From positions 62,001-126,000 of the forward strand of contig CDMY01001028.1 of NCBI GenBank assembly GCA_001179505.1: a stretch of DNA of 64,000 bases. The letters are read 5' to 3'. The first letter of the stretch is position 1, and the number at the start of each line of letters is the position of its first letter. A program made the position numbers and the translations under genes. Shown here piece by piece: positions 1-11,314 of this stretch. The notes beneath the pieces are model-generated. The model did no database searches. It was not told where the DNA came from and saw nothing but the letters and a program-made list of their open reading frames with translations. Source of the DNA: Vitrella brassicaformis CCMP3155 (lineage: Eukaryota; Protista; Chromerida).

Positions 1-736
1 CGGCTTGGATCCGCAGCAGCCCCTCCGCCAGCCGCGTGTGCATTTGGCTGATCTCCTCGTTCGTCAGGAAAGCCGCGCCGTCCCCTCTACGGGCACTTCG
101 AGCGTCGATCTCTGTCTGGTCAGTAAGGTCACCCATCAGGCCATCCAGGATCTCCATCGCTATCTGATAGGTCTCAACTGCTTCAGGAAGGCTCTCTAGC
201 GTCTCATAAGCAGAGCCCATGTTGGCCGCCGAGGCCACAGATGTCCAGCTGAGCGAAGGCATCTCACTCATGGCCGCCTCAGCGGCGATTGCCTGCTCAT
301 AACGATCGATGGCTTCCCAGTAGTGATGTGTGTCGTGAAGCACCGTACCCAAGTTGAAGAGAGCGTCCGCGTGGTCAGGCTGAAACGCTACAGCAGCCTC
401 GAAGAGCCTCCTGGCCTCGTCAAGATCCCCCTTGTCGACCATAAGAGAGCCCATGTTGCAGAGAACAGACACGCGAAGCTCCGCCAAGGCGGAAGCGTCC
501 TTTATCTCCCCGTTAGACTCATCCACACCTTCCAGTAGAGAAACGATACTTCGGTATGCCTTTTCTGCTTCATCCTTCCTGTTGCTGCGGTAGAGTGCGT
601 TGGCCTCGTCGAGATGCTTTTGCAGCAGAACAGCGGGGGGGGACAGATCTGCTGCTCGGCTACCATCTCCGTCATTGAGTGCATGAGTCGAAAGGGAAAG
701 AATGGCCATGCAGACCACAGCCGAAATAAGAGGCAT
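1..736 (-). CDS. Secreted or plastid-pathway tetratricopeptide repeat (TPR) protein, 5' part; runs off the window start
   Basis: Uninterrupted minus-strand frame from ATG at 736. It reads MPLISAVVCMAILSLSTHA (signal peptide), then ...VLCNMGSLMVDKGDLDEARRLFEAAVAFQPDHADALFNLGTVLHDTHHYWEAIDRYEQAI... and ...AANMGSAYETLESLPEAVETYQIAMEI, which are TPR consensus helices. It is absent from the ORF track because no stop lies inside the window. Confidence 0.85.
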   Translation of the reverse strand, partial: MPLISAVVCMAILSLSTHALNDGDGSRAADLSPPAVLLQKHLDEANALYRSNRKDEAEKAYRSIVSLLEGVDESNGEIKDASALAELRVSVLCNMGSLMVDKGDLDEARRLFEAAVAFQPDHADALFNLGTVLHDTHHYWEAIDRYEQAIAAEAAMSEMPSLSWTSVASAANMGSAYETLESLPEAVETYQIAMEILDGLMGDLTDQTEIDARSARRGDGAAFLTNEEISQMHTRLAEGLLRIQA

Positions 737-855
737 CGAACCGATGAGCACTAGCACCGAGAAAGAGAAGAGCGCAACCGCCTCACAACTTTGAGCTTGC
801 AGCAGATCTCTCACGTGAGAAAAGGGCTTCGTCAACGTTTCGCTCATCCATTGCC

Positions 856-2327
856 ATGAAGATGCTGAGACTGTCGACGCTCTCAGTGCTTCTTCTTTCC
901 GCTTTGGCTGCTGTCCGGTATCATCAAGTCGGGTGCCGCGCGAGCGACAGTGTCGCTTTCCTGAGGACTCCGCTGCTCAGAGATCAACGTCCCAGCTCGT
1001 CTGCTCTTCATCGACTCATTGCTAGTGAGCCTTTTGCGCCCCTCGGGTCATCCATCTTGGCTGCCGAGCCCACTCGTGATAGAGATGGTGACCGTACTAT
1101 GATGGGGCAGAGCTCGCCATCGTGGCTGCAGCTATCGCTGCCGCCCCTGCTGTCCTTCTCCGTGACGGCCCTCATTGCCCTGAGCACTCTGCATGGCGGC
1201 AGTGCGTCGGTTGTGCCCCAGCCGCCCGCAGCGGAAGCTAAGGCGGTTGCGCCTGGAGGCTACAAACTGCCGCCTATTGATAGGTAGGTAGGGAGGCAAC
1301 ATGAAGGGGCATGCAGTGCAGTGCAGTGCAGTGCAGTGCATCGTGTGGACCGTGTGCGTGCACTGCAGGGCAGATCCCAACCGATGTCGCTTTCAGTCGT
1401 CGGCTGTGGGCCAGGCCAATGCCCAGCGCGACAAACTCTACGACCTGCGAGAGTGCAAGATGGAAGGCAAAAACGCCGCGGGGTATGACATCAGCGGCGT
1501 GCTAGGGTCCGAGGCGGGTAGGTGGGCAGCCAGGGCAGACACTCGAGAATCATGCAGCGAGAAAGACGGCGCCGAGGTATATATGTCTGTTTCAGATTTC
1601 TCTTACGTCAACTTCGAGGGCGCCCAGCTCAGCAAGGTGAGCCGAAAAGCGACCGGGCGCGCCGCACACACCATGGATTTGTCTGTGTATTCTCTTTTCT
1701 GCCCTTGCATGTCTTCATTACCCCGCCTGCAGGCATTCATGGAGGTACGCACGTGTACACACACGAGTGGCTACTGCTCGGCCCTGTGGCACCCATCCAT
1801 CCCTCCCTCATGTGTGCGTGGGGTGTGTGTGGGTGTGTGTGTGTGTGTGGCAGGACTCTCGATTCGACGGCGCCAACTTCAAGGCAGCTGTGGTCGACCG
1901 CGTCACCTTCAAGCGCTCCGACCTTCGCAATGTCAACTTTGCAGCCGCAGTTCTCTCGGGCAGCACTTTCGAGGACGTACGACGCACTGCACTCACACGC
2001 AGGCCGCCCACACTGAGATTCCCAGGGCTCTCAATGATTCTCTTCTGCTGTTCACTAATGCTTGCGTGTCTATACGGCTCTCTCCCAGGCGAATGTGGAG
2101 AACACCGACTTCAGCGATGTGGTGATAGGCGATTTCGAGCAGCGGTCGCTGTGCAAAAACCCCACACTCAAGGTGCGGTGCGGTGCGCTCGGCCGCAAAG
2201 CTCAGCACGTGTACGTCAACGTTGCCTCTGTGTGTGTGGGTCTGTCTGTCTGTCTGTCTGTCAATTGTAGGGTAGCCATCCCAAGACGGGGGTGGACACG
2301 CGTGAGTCACTCGGGTGCCGCTCGTGA
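856..2327 (+). CDS. TL17: Thylakoid lumenal 17.4 kDa-like pentapeptide repeat protein with plastid and lumen targeting leader
   Basis: Seven GT-AG exons: 856-1283, 1369-1517, 1596-1636, 1733-1744, 1854-1976, 2089-2172, 2271-2327. Spliced protein: ...KLPPIDRADPNRCRFQSSAVGQANAQRDKLYDLREC...QLSKAFMEDSRFDGANFKAAVVDRVTFKRSDLRNVNFAAAVLSGSTFEDANVENTDFSDVVIGDFEQRSLCKNPTLKGSHPKTGVDTRESLGCRS*. It matches the TL17 family pattern. The N-terminus has a signal peptide, a transit region and a hydrophobic domain ending in an AxA site. Confidence 0.9.
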
Positions 2328-4001
2328 GTGAGTGAGGTTTCCTTCTCCGGTCTGGCTGTGCGAGGTCGAGGGGTGGCAGCGCTGGCTTTGTGGGTCTGCC
2401 GTGCCACACAACGATGGACTGGATTGCACGAGTTGGTCTGGCGAATGAAGATTGAGTACTCTACTTACTGGAGCCGTCTCATGCACTGATTGCATCCTGT
2501 CTGTCTGTGCACATGACCGACCGACAGAGGATATGGGCGAGGATGAGCAAATGAATGACGTGGTCGTTGCACTCATGCGGGGCGGGGCGGGCACGGCGCA
2601 GGGGATGGGCGTCCGATGGCAATCAATGCCACGTCGTGTGCCGGCCGGGCCTGGTGGTCCATGAACGGACGTACGCGCACAATTGACTGTCTGTCTGTCT
2701 GCCACGCGCTGCTGCACACGCGCATTCACGAATTTCGCAAGCCCTACGCATAGCTAGGGCTTAGCTGAGCACGTCAGCCACCGCCCGGCCCCCTTGCAGT
2801 GGCAAAAAGCTCCAAGCGAAAGCATTAGGGTTTAGGGCGTAGGGTTTTACGCCGGATGTGCTTCGAAGCACTCGATCAGTGACATCCATCCATCCATAGT
2901 TGTGCCCTGAGCCACCGGCTGTGAGTTCTCCAACTCACAGAGCGTGTCTGTCTGTCTGTCTCTCCAATTGTGTCTGGCTGTGTGGTTGCATGTGTGTCTG
3001 GAGGGAGGCAGGCAGTGTAAAATGAGAGGTCACCCAGCCGGTCAGTCATTTCACAAGAATCAGCAGCCCGCCCGCCGAGCGGCCGAGGAACCCAACCCCA
3101 TCGCACCGCCGGCCGGGTGCTGTGTAGTGGTGTGGGTGGCGAGGTGAGGAAATCATTGCAGGTGAGGACGTCGGGTGTGTGAGTGATTGTAATCAATTCT
3201 CTGTCTCACTCACGATTGACACACAGATTGTCGGGTACTCATTCGATTCATCGACCGTTTCGTTTGTGTGTATGTCCAGCCAGCCAGCACAATAATATAT
3301 GACACCCGCCGTCCTTCCCGGCCCCGAGGCACACACACCACCCGCACCCGTGCAAACGTTAACTGTCTGTCTCAGGTGTATTTGTCCGTCTGGCTGCACA
3401 TCTACACTTACACTATAGCTAAATTATGTTGTGTGTCTGTACTGTACGTGTGGGTGTAGTACGTGTCTGTCTCTGTCTGTTTATCTCTCTATACTATACA
3501 TCGGTCGGTCAATGAGTGCAGCTATAGCTATCTACTCGGTCGTTTCATTGCTGGGTAGGCCGGGATCAAGATACCTTTATGTATAATTATTTGGTGAATG
3601 ATGAGTATGTAGGTAGGTAGATGAGACATACACACGTACACGTACACAGACATCCGTCCGTTCCGTGCAAACGTTAACTGACGTGTGTGATCATGAGGGT
3701 CCGCATCGATCTGTACTAATGTACTATCTTTCATCCACCGTATATATGTACTATTAGTTCCAAGTATATACATATTGACTGTACCGTACGTCTAAGTATA
3801 TGTCTGCCCGATCGTTGCGTCTGTTGATCGGATCGGACTCACCATGCGTCTGTTCATGCATGGTGAGTCAGTCGTATATTAATTTCGATGCATGTGTGCG
3901 GTAAGAGCATGTACGACACGACAAGGTGTGAATTGAGAAAAGAGGATGTCGCATCGTTCCTGTCCAAATCCGCAAATCAATCAATCGTCCACACAGGTAG
4001 G

Positions 4002-6168
4002 TCATGCCAGCTCAAACATACTTGAATGAAAAGGACAAAACTCGTATGTGCTTACTGACTGATCCTTGTTCTCATCAGCACCGGTCAAGAGCATCAGCAC
4101 AAGGACTGGCAGATTGCGAAGCATGATACCAGTGCCACCGATGCCCAGTGCCAGCAAGTGCATCCTGATGACGCCCGGCTCGGTTATGCTCTTAATCAAG
4201 GGCAAGTTGGCAGAGCGCACGAGGCAGATGTAGAGCGCACCTTCGAAGAAGACTTCGATCAGCACCATGATTCCCAGACCTACTAGCCTCTCTAGCAGGT
4301 GACGGACGGATGGAAAGAGGATCTGGCCGACAGTGATGTTGAGCAGGTTGCTGAAGATGAGCACTGTCAACTCAATCAAGCTGTAGGCATGCATTTCCTG
4401 CAGCAGTGGAAGCAAAAAGTGAAGAATGTATGGATCTTCTTGTCTGTCGCTTTCCTTTCTCACATCGCTGAGACGCCGAAGGAATATCGGGTGAAAGCCA
4501 AATTGAACAACCCGAGTGGGGACGTCCAGAAACGTGCTCAAAGATCTCATGTAATAGCGACCTGCCGACTTGAAACTCATAATGGTCGTAGAAAGGCGGC
4601 TGAGTAGCATGACCGGCGTCTGTTTATCGCGCGTTTCCTGAGTATCTTCAGCAGTGACAGTGTCGTAGTGCCGATCTCGTACCGGCCTGCGTAGGAATCG
4701 CACCAGACTTCTTCTCGCGGCACCGCCTATGAGAACGAAATACGGCATGGCTAGGTCGGTGACGAAGTCGAATGATGCAAAGATCAAGCTCCACAGAAGC
4801 TGATAAGGAGAGACATGTCCAGGAAGGACGAGGAATGGATCTGAGGCGAGGACAGCGTCGATGTGCCCACCTACCTGAGAGGAGATATATTCCATCTTGG
4901 CCTGGACGATCCTTGGGAAGAGTGCGAAGCCGAACGCTACAAACGTGATTGCTGGAGACGTTTGCAGGGCAGGGCCGCTCTTCAGAGAACGAACGATGGC
5001 TGTGACTGAAACACAGACCCAATACGCATGGAAACATGCGAATGTGTCCATCGATCGAGTCGCATTTCTTACGGGTCGCAACAAGGGGCGACATCACGAG
5101 CAGCCAAGTGAAGAGGACGCCTGTCTTCTCGCGATCTGTTGTTGCAGTCCGGGCAAGTGGCATGAAGTAGAGGGGTACGGCAAACGAAAGACCGATGACC
5201 ACTAAAAATATGCCCCATGTCTTGAGAATATACGCCCGCTTCCTCACAATTATTGTAGATCTCAGAGCCACTTGGCGAAAGACCCTGACAGGACAGGCAC
5301 AACGACAGAGAATATGTGCTTACTATCACAATTCTTTTCTCACATGAGGGGTACGAGCAGCGTGAACGGGTAGTGCATGAGCGGCGCATATTTGTGGCGT
5401 TTCCGCAGGACCTCCACGTGGTGAAAAAGTGTAGAAGCCATGTATGGGGCAAACCCAGGAAGGAATGAATACCAGGTCGTCCTCAAGCGGCGGACAGCCC
5501 CAATTGCGCTGCCCTCAGCCACAAGTACTATCAAAGCCATAAAGCATAGGTAAACGATGATGCGGCGAGTTACATCAAGGACTATGCCTGCTGCTCTCGC
5601 GCTCATCTTCTCGCACGCCGACCAGTACGCCAGCCACACCAGGGCCCAACAGACTGCAAAGCCGACGGCTGCAATTTGGTGGAATAAGAGTACCTGGAAA
5701 GTGACAGACCTGGAAGGACTGCGACATTGGGGGAATGATTACCTTTGTAAGTCGTCTTATAGTAGTCCAAAGCGGCTCAGGGGTGAAGACCGCACCAACA
5801 AATGAGCCTACTTCATATCGCAAGTCAGTTTGGAACTCCTGAAAGGAGGCTGCATGTCCCGCGCATGCTCGGAATTCATTCACCTTTTCTTCGAGCTCCA
5901 CCTCCTCTTTGCGCAGCGCTCTCCCGTCTTCTTCTCCGTCCTCATGATAGACAACCCCCTCTTCTGAGAAGGTTTCTGTAGGCAGGCCGCAGGTCACGTC
6001 GTTGGTCCCAGTGGCGCCTGTGCTCTCTGGGTCAATGACATGCGCCTCGCCGCTGAGAAGACCTGCTGGTTCATCGCTGACTTTCATGACGTGTTCAACG
6101 TCGAGTTGCGGTTGAGCGGCGGTGAGCTCCGTGGTCAGCATCTTCGAAACAAGGAACAATTCGATCAT
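4002..6168 (-). CDS. Orphan multi-pass membrane protein with acidic N-terminus
   Basis: Four ORF-track fragments join in frame through three GT-AG introns (5742-5694, 5343-5285, 5072-5006). The product contains many hydrophobic spans, e.g. VLLFHQIAAVGFAVCWALVWLAYW, IIVYLCFMALIVLV, WGIFLVVIGLSFAVPLYFM and LVGLGIMVLIEVFF. The start codon and last exon are uncertain. Confidence 0.65.
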
Positions 6169-6895
6169 CTGGGGGCTCCCTGGGGGCGGAGCAACCGTTG
6201 GGGGCTCACTCCATGGAATGCAACGGAATGAGGAAATGGGAGGAGAACAACAACACGTCGTGGACTGGGCCGCGTCTTGCATGCAAACGGGGGGCCAAGA
6301 CATGGCATATCGGACACGGCGGACTGTTTGTCAGGATTGATTCCATCTCTTGAGGGCCGGAAGTTGTCTGACAGATGAGCAGCTATCTGATTGACCACCT
6401 TGAGAGAGAGCATGTCGCGTGCTCTTTCGTTGACTTCAGTGTGTTGCGTGTTCGGGTGTCCATACAAAAGCTCGTCCATTCAATGACATGCCCCCCACCC
6501 CTCCACGCTCTCCTCCAGGTCAGCTGCACACAGTACATGCATCAGAAGAAACGAGTTGCCCACAGAGATCAGAAGGGACGTACGTATGTGGTGGTTCGCT
6601 TGACTGACTAAGTGCCCGGCACCGGCCCAGCTGAACGCACTGAAAAAACGTAAAACGAGGGCACACACGAAACAGCAGGGCAGCTAGGGAGATCGTGTTC
6701 TCTCTCTTTCACTTCCCAGATCAGCCCCAATATGAACATCCCAAGGTTCGGCCTGCTGCGCCTTGATGAATGCCGCATCAGGGCCGTCGTCAAACTTCTT
6801 GGTGCGATCACTGGCTTCGAGCTCGCGGGAAGCTTTTGGGAGGAAAGACAAAAACCTCCCCCTCTCTTCTTCACAAGCCTAGACACCTACGCACA

Positions 6896-7443
6896 ATGAC
6901 CTGGCTTGCCTTTGCGTCTGACGTCGAGCCGGCCTGCTCGTGGCTCTTCGCGCGCAGCTGCACCCAGGAGGAGAGCCTGCGGCAGTCCGACATCAAGAAG
7001 GAGGCGGTGCGCGTCATCGAGAGTGCCTGGCGCCAGCAGAAAACCCGTCGAGAAGTCACCAAGAAGTACAGGTAGAATACGCACCCACGGGCATCAGCAG
7101 AGCACTGGAAGGAAGATCTCTCTCGGCTGTGGTATGTGTCAGCGGCGAGCTGGGTCTTGACTGCAGCATGCCGATGAGGACGCCGAGCAGTCTGGACGAC
7201 TGTGACGACGAGCGAGAGGTGGGCGAGCCGTCTGCCCTGCCCCCGCAGGCTCCACAGCAACTCAACAGCAGCACCTGCCTCACCCACGACAGCCTCTGGG
7301 AGACCCTGTCGGAGGCCATGCCGGTCCACGCGCAACGCCATTACTTCCACATGTGCCGAGTGGCGAGCGAGTGGCGGGTGTCGTTTCTCGTGGCCGCGAA
7401 CACCTGCGGCCATGCCGACCAGCTGCCGCAGACGGCCGCCTGA
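6896..7443 (+). CDS. Small hypothetical protein with IQ-like and F-box-like motifs; both ends uncertain
   Basis: High-GC3 exon 6896-7071 (...VRVIESAWRQQKTRREVTKKY) splices via gtagaa...ctgcag to an exon reading SMPMRTPSSLDDCDD...DSLWETLSEAMPVHAQRHYFHMCRVASEWR. Confidence 0.45.
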
Positions 7444-10285
7444 CGACAGACAGACAGGCAGCCAGAAAGACAGACAGACAGGGAGGAATAGTAAGGCAAT
7501 GGGGTTGGTAGGTAGTGGGTTGGTGGCTTTTGTAATCCCGCAAAGCGGCGTCGGTGCCTGTCTGCTCGTTGGTGACAGCTCGCTCGTGAATGTGTGAATT
7601 CGCACGTGCCCAGGTCCACCCATTCATACTTCTTTACATTCGTACATTCACACGACACCCACCACATGTGCCTGCAGACGAGGCGGTCACGGCACTGCGT
7701 CGACGTGCGTGATTGCGTGTACTCACTGGGCGGGCGTTGACTCGAGTGCGTTTCTCCATGCCCCTCTGCCTGTCTGCCTGCCTGCCTGCCTGTTTGCCGG
7801 TTTGATGTGCGCTTTTCTGCTCTGCTCGGACGGTTGTTCGCATATCTGCGCTGTCTGTGTGTGGAGTGAGCCGAGAATTTATGTAGCAGGGACGAACCAA
7901 TGGCGAGAGAGAGGAGGCCCTGGCTGGGTGGTGCGTGTGTGGGCTGTGTATATCATGTGAGGGCGTGCGAGAGTTTGTTGGTGGCCAAGCCATCCGCGCA
8001 CCTTTTTGCACGTACGGCTCGCCAGATGTTTGTATGCATGGGTGCGGGCGGGTGTGTGGGGGTACGAGCAGATCTCCTGAGGATGTGTGTGTCTGTCTGG
8101 TAGCTCTCTGTGTCAACGGTGCGTGGGTGGAGGATGGCGGTGTGCGGATGAGTCTCGTGGGGGCCGGCAGTGAAAAGAGAGGCTGTCGGTAGTCGGTAGG
8201 ATGAGCTGCAGACAGAGGCCCTCAAGTGTATGAGGGGACGTGACTTTATTTATGTGTGTGTGCACGGGAGGGACCAAGTGACGCACGTCGGATGTCTGAC
8301 ACGCCTTGCAGCTGAGAAACAGACCGACAGCCAAGGGACAGACAGACAGCCAAAGGGAACCTGAAAATGACCTGCTGACCTGCACAAGTCCGATACTTGC
8401 GGACACACAGAGGTCAGCACGCTGAACGCCTGCCCTCGACGTGAGATGACCGAACACACACACCAACAGAACTGTCGCACCACACTACACCAGTGCCCCC
8501 GCCTTAAACCACCCAACGAACGAATCTGTCGTAGCCACTTCGTCACTTGAAGCGCTCTGCTGGTAGGCAGTCAGTCGTCACACATGCACGCAACACACCA
8601 TATTCCATGCAATCCCACTGTCACTGTGTGGCCCTCTCTTTGTGTGTGTCCCTTCCCTTTGTGTAGCTGGTGTTGGTGTCTCTGGCAGCCTGACTGATCG
8701 CCCTGCTCTCCGCTGCCGCACGTAATGAAGAAACGGACACGGACACCAATACGCTGGCGGACTCGGCCATTCATCCATCCATTTGTATGTGTGTGTTGTG
8801 TGCGATGCATTTTGTTGTGGTGGCTGCTTCTTGTGGTCGGCTGTTTGTGGGTGGCTGTTTGTTGGGTACCCGCAGCTGCGATAGGTGGCGACACGAGCAC
8901 AGTGCTGACGCGCCCGGCGGCCTACATCGCCGCAAATGTGGTTCTGTTGCTGGTGCTGACGGGTGGCCGATTTGCTGCGGCAATCATCACTCGGCGTGCA
9001 GGGATGCAGTCTGATGGATGACAGCCAAAGTGCCCATCGACCACATGGCTGAGGGCCATCGCAGACCTCTCACAGACACAGCCTTGGGCACAGCCGCAGC
9101 ACCCCAAGGACACGAGGAGACACATTCATGCAGTGAGTGACACTCAATTGTGTGCGTGTGTGCGTGTGTTGTGGTTGAACAAGGGCCGTTTTGTTGTCTA
9201 GGTGACGTCGTCATTGTGGGGCCTCACTCGGTCAGTCAGCCGAATGCAGACAGACACATATGCTATGCATTGAGTGGGATGTGTTGCTCAGCCCATGCAC
9301 TGTCGAGTCCTCCCTCATCTTTGTGTTTATTGCTCGGCCCTCTCTGCCGCACTGCTACGCTTCCAGCACACAAATACGCACACACCCAAAGACGCTGTCG
9401 GTCGGACATTGGAACTCGTGTGTGTGAGTGTGTGTGTGTGTGCGTGTGATAGCGCACCACCCACACACTCGACTTCTGCTTCCCTCGCTGAGTCACCGCA
9501 GCGCTAGGCGAGGATTGCTTTGCCATTTTCTCGCGATTGAGTGAGTGTTTGACAGTCAAAATCCGTTCACAGTGATCAACGAGGCACGCTGCATGGCGCA
9601 TTCATCACAACGAAGAATGTGCACACGGCGAAAAAGAGTCATGATCAGTCTGTCAGTCTTTCTCTTATGAGACGAAACGATCAGTTGGTCAATCTTTTGT
9701 TGCGCAAAAATCAAAGCTCACCATCCACCCATCCACCCACCCAGCCATCAACGACAGGCCACGCTCACACACGGCGTCGTCATCGCCATTATTCGACTCA
9801 ACACACACGCACACATAGCACAGGAATGCACAAATGACTGACAGCTCGATAGATTTCCTAAGCTGTCTGTCTATCGACGACAAAAATCACAGTGCGTGCG
9901 TGCGTGTGTGTCTCCGACACGCCCACACCACGGATGGACAAATGGAGTGAGTAGGGAGGGAGGGAAAGCAAATGATTCGCGCGTACGTATTGCATTCTCC
10001 GCTCTCTCTGAGTGAGCCAAAGGAATTAAGAGCAACATGCAAGGGAAGGGAAAAGCCCAGATCGAGTGAAGTAAGTGGCACAGCACATGCATGTAGCGAA
10101 AACTCACTGATGAATGCATCTACATCACATCCACGGCGCGGCACACGGAGGGCGGGAGCATCCAACTGGGATGCATTAATTACGCTGATCGATCGTACGA
10201 GCCCTCACTCCATTCTCTTGCCGTGCGATCAGTCTCCTGTTGTCGCCCGAGATGGCGAACGAAAGTGCACAAGTCACTCGATCGA

Positions 10286-10670
10286 TCACGGCGGATTGAG
10301 AAGCTCATCACGCGTAGGCATGCAGAAGCCAGGATTTGGGCCGGCACACGTCAAAGAGCAACACTCGCTGTCTGACCAATGAACCAACAACACATCCATG
10401 CCATGATGTAGCTATAAGTGACTGACTCATCGTGCACACCGCCGTAGCACGCGACTCCCAGGGGTCTGCAGCCGGCGTCTGCGGAGCCGCCCTGCAGCAA
10501 CCGCAGGGTGGGATGCTTCGCTGAAGGGAACACACACGCACAAGTTTCTCTCTCTGTTTGCGTGTCGAGTGCCTACCATTGGCAAGTTGGTGCACCACGC
10601 CGACTTGTGAGGCTTCACATCTTGCGCCGAGAAGGAAGATGGCCAGCAGCACCAAGGAGGAAATCCGCAT
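10286..10670 (-). CDS. Secreted inhibitor-cystine-knot (conotoxin-like/knottin) prepropeptide, 89 aa
   Basis: Exons 10670-10577, 10520-10427 and 10367-10286, both introns GT-AG. Protein: MRISSLVLLAIFLLGARCEASQVGVVHQLANAKHPTLRLLQGGSADAGCRPLGVACYGGVHDDECCSLTCAGPNPGFCMPTRDELLNPP*. It has a signal peptide and a C-X6-C-X8-CC-X3-C-X7-C framework. Confidence 0.75.
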
Positions 10671-11314
10671 GACGACAGACAGGCCGGCTCGTTGCCCATC
10701 GATGGATAGATGCGCGTGTGTCCGCGTGTGCAGGAGTGATACTGTCCTCATCGTGGCGGGATAGAATACATCCGCGGCTGTCGGTCGGTTAAGGATTTGA
10801 CGGGACACCTCTCCCTAAGCCCAGCAGCCTTCCCCGCCGCAACGCAACCAGGCATCTTCTCTGTCCTAATCCACGCAGAATGCATGCACAAGGTTTGCCC
10901 ATGGTCACAAAACAGTATGAAATAATATCGAAACGGGGTTTGAAGGCTGCGTGTATTAATATTACAGCGACGTCGACGTGGCTGGAGAGAGAATGACAAA
11001 GAGCCGTGTGGAGATAAAGGAAATCGACAAGTGTAGACGTCAACTTGGGATGTAGCGGTTGACTCGTCATATGCAGACACACACAGCAGGCAGGCGGGAA
11101 AAAAAGATGCTTACTCAATGACCAAGGCAGAATCAGATATACACCAATTCAGACCAATAAAAGGTGTCACTTGTGTCCTCGCTCACACAGTCACAAAGGC
11201 GTGGACACGACACCGACATCGATGAAAAACAGCATCAATCAGCACAAGTCTCTCGTGACCCACTTGACCATCAAATCCATCCCCTTCTTGTCCTGTCTCC
11301 CGCCCTCAAGACGG

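Noticed and set aside
7600-10200. Numerous 60-160-aa ORFs, including the hydrophobic 8725-9021
   Set aside because: The region is dominated by CA, GT and TCCA microsatellite translation. I could not build a consistent exon chain or find a protein motif.
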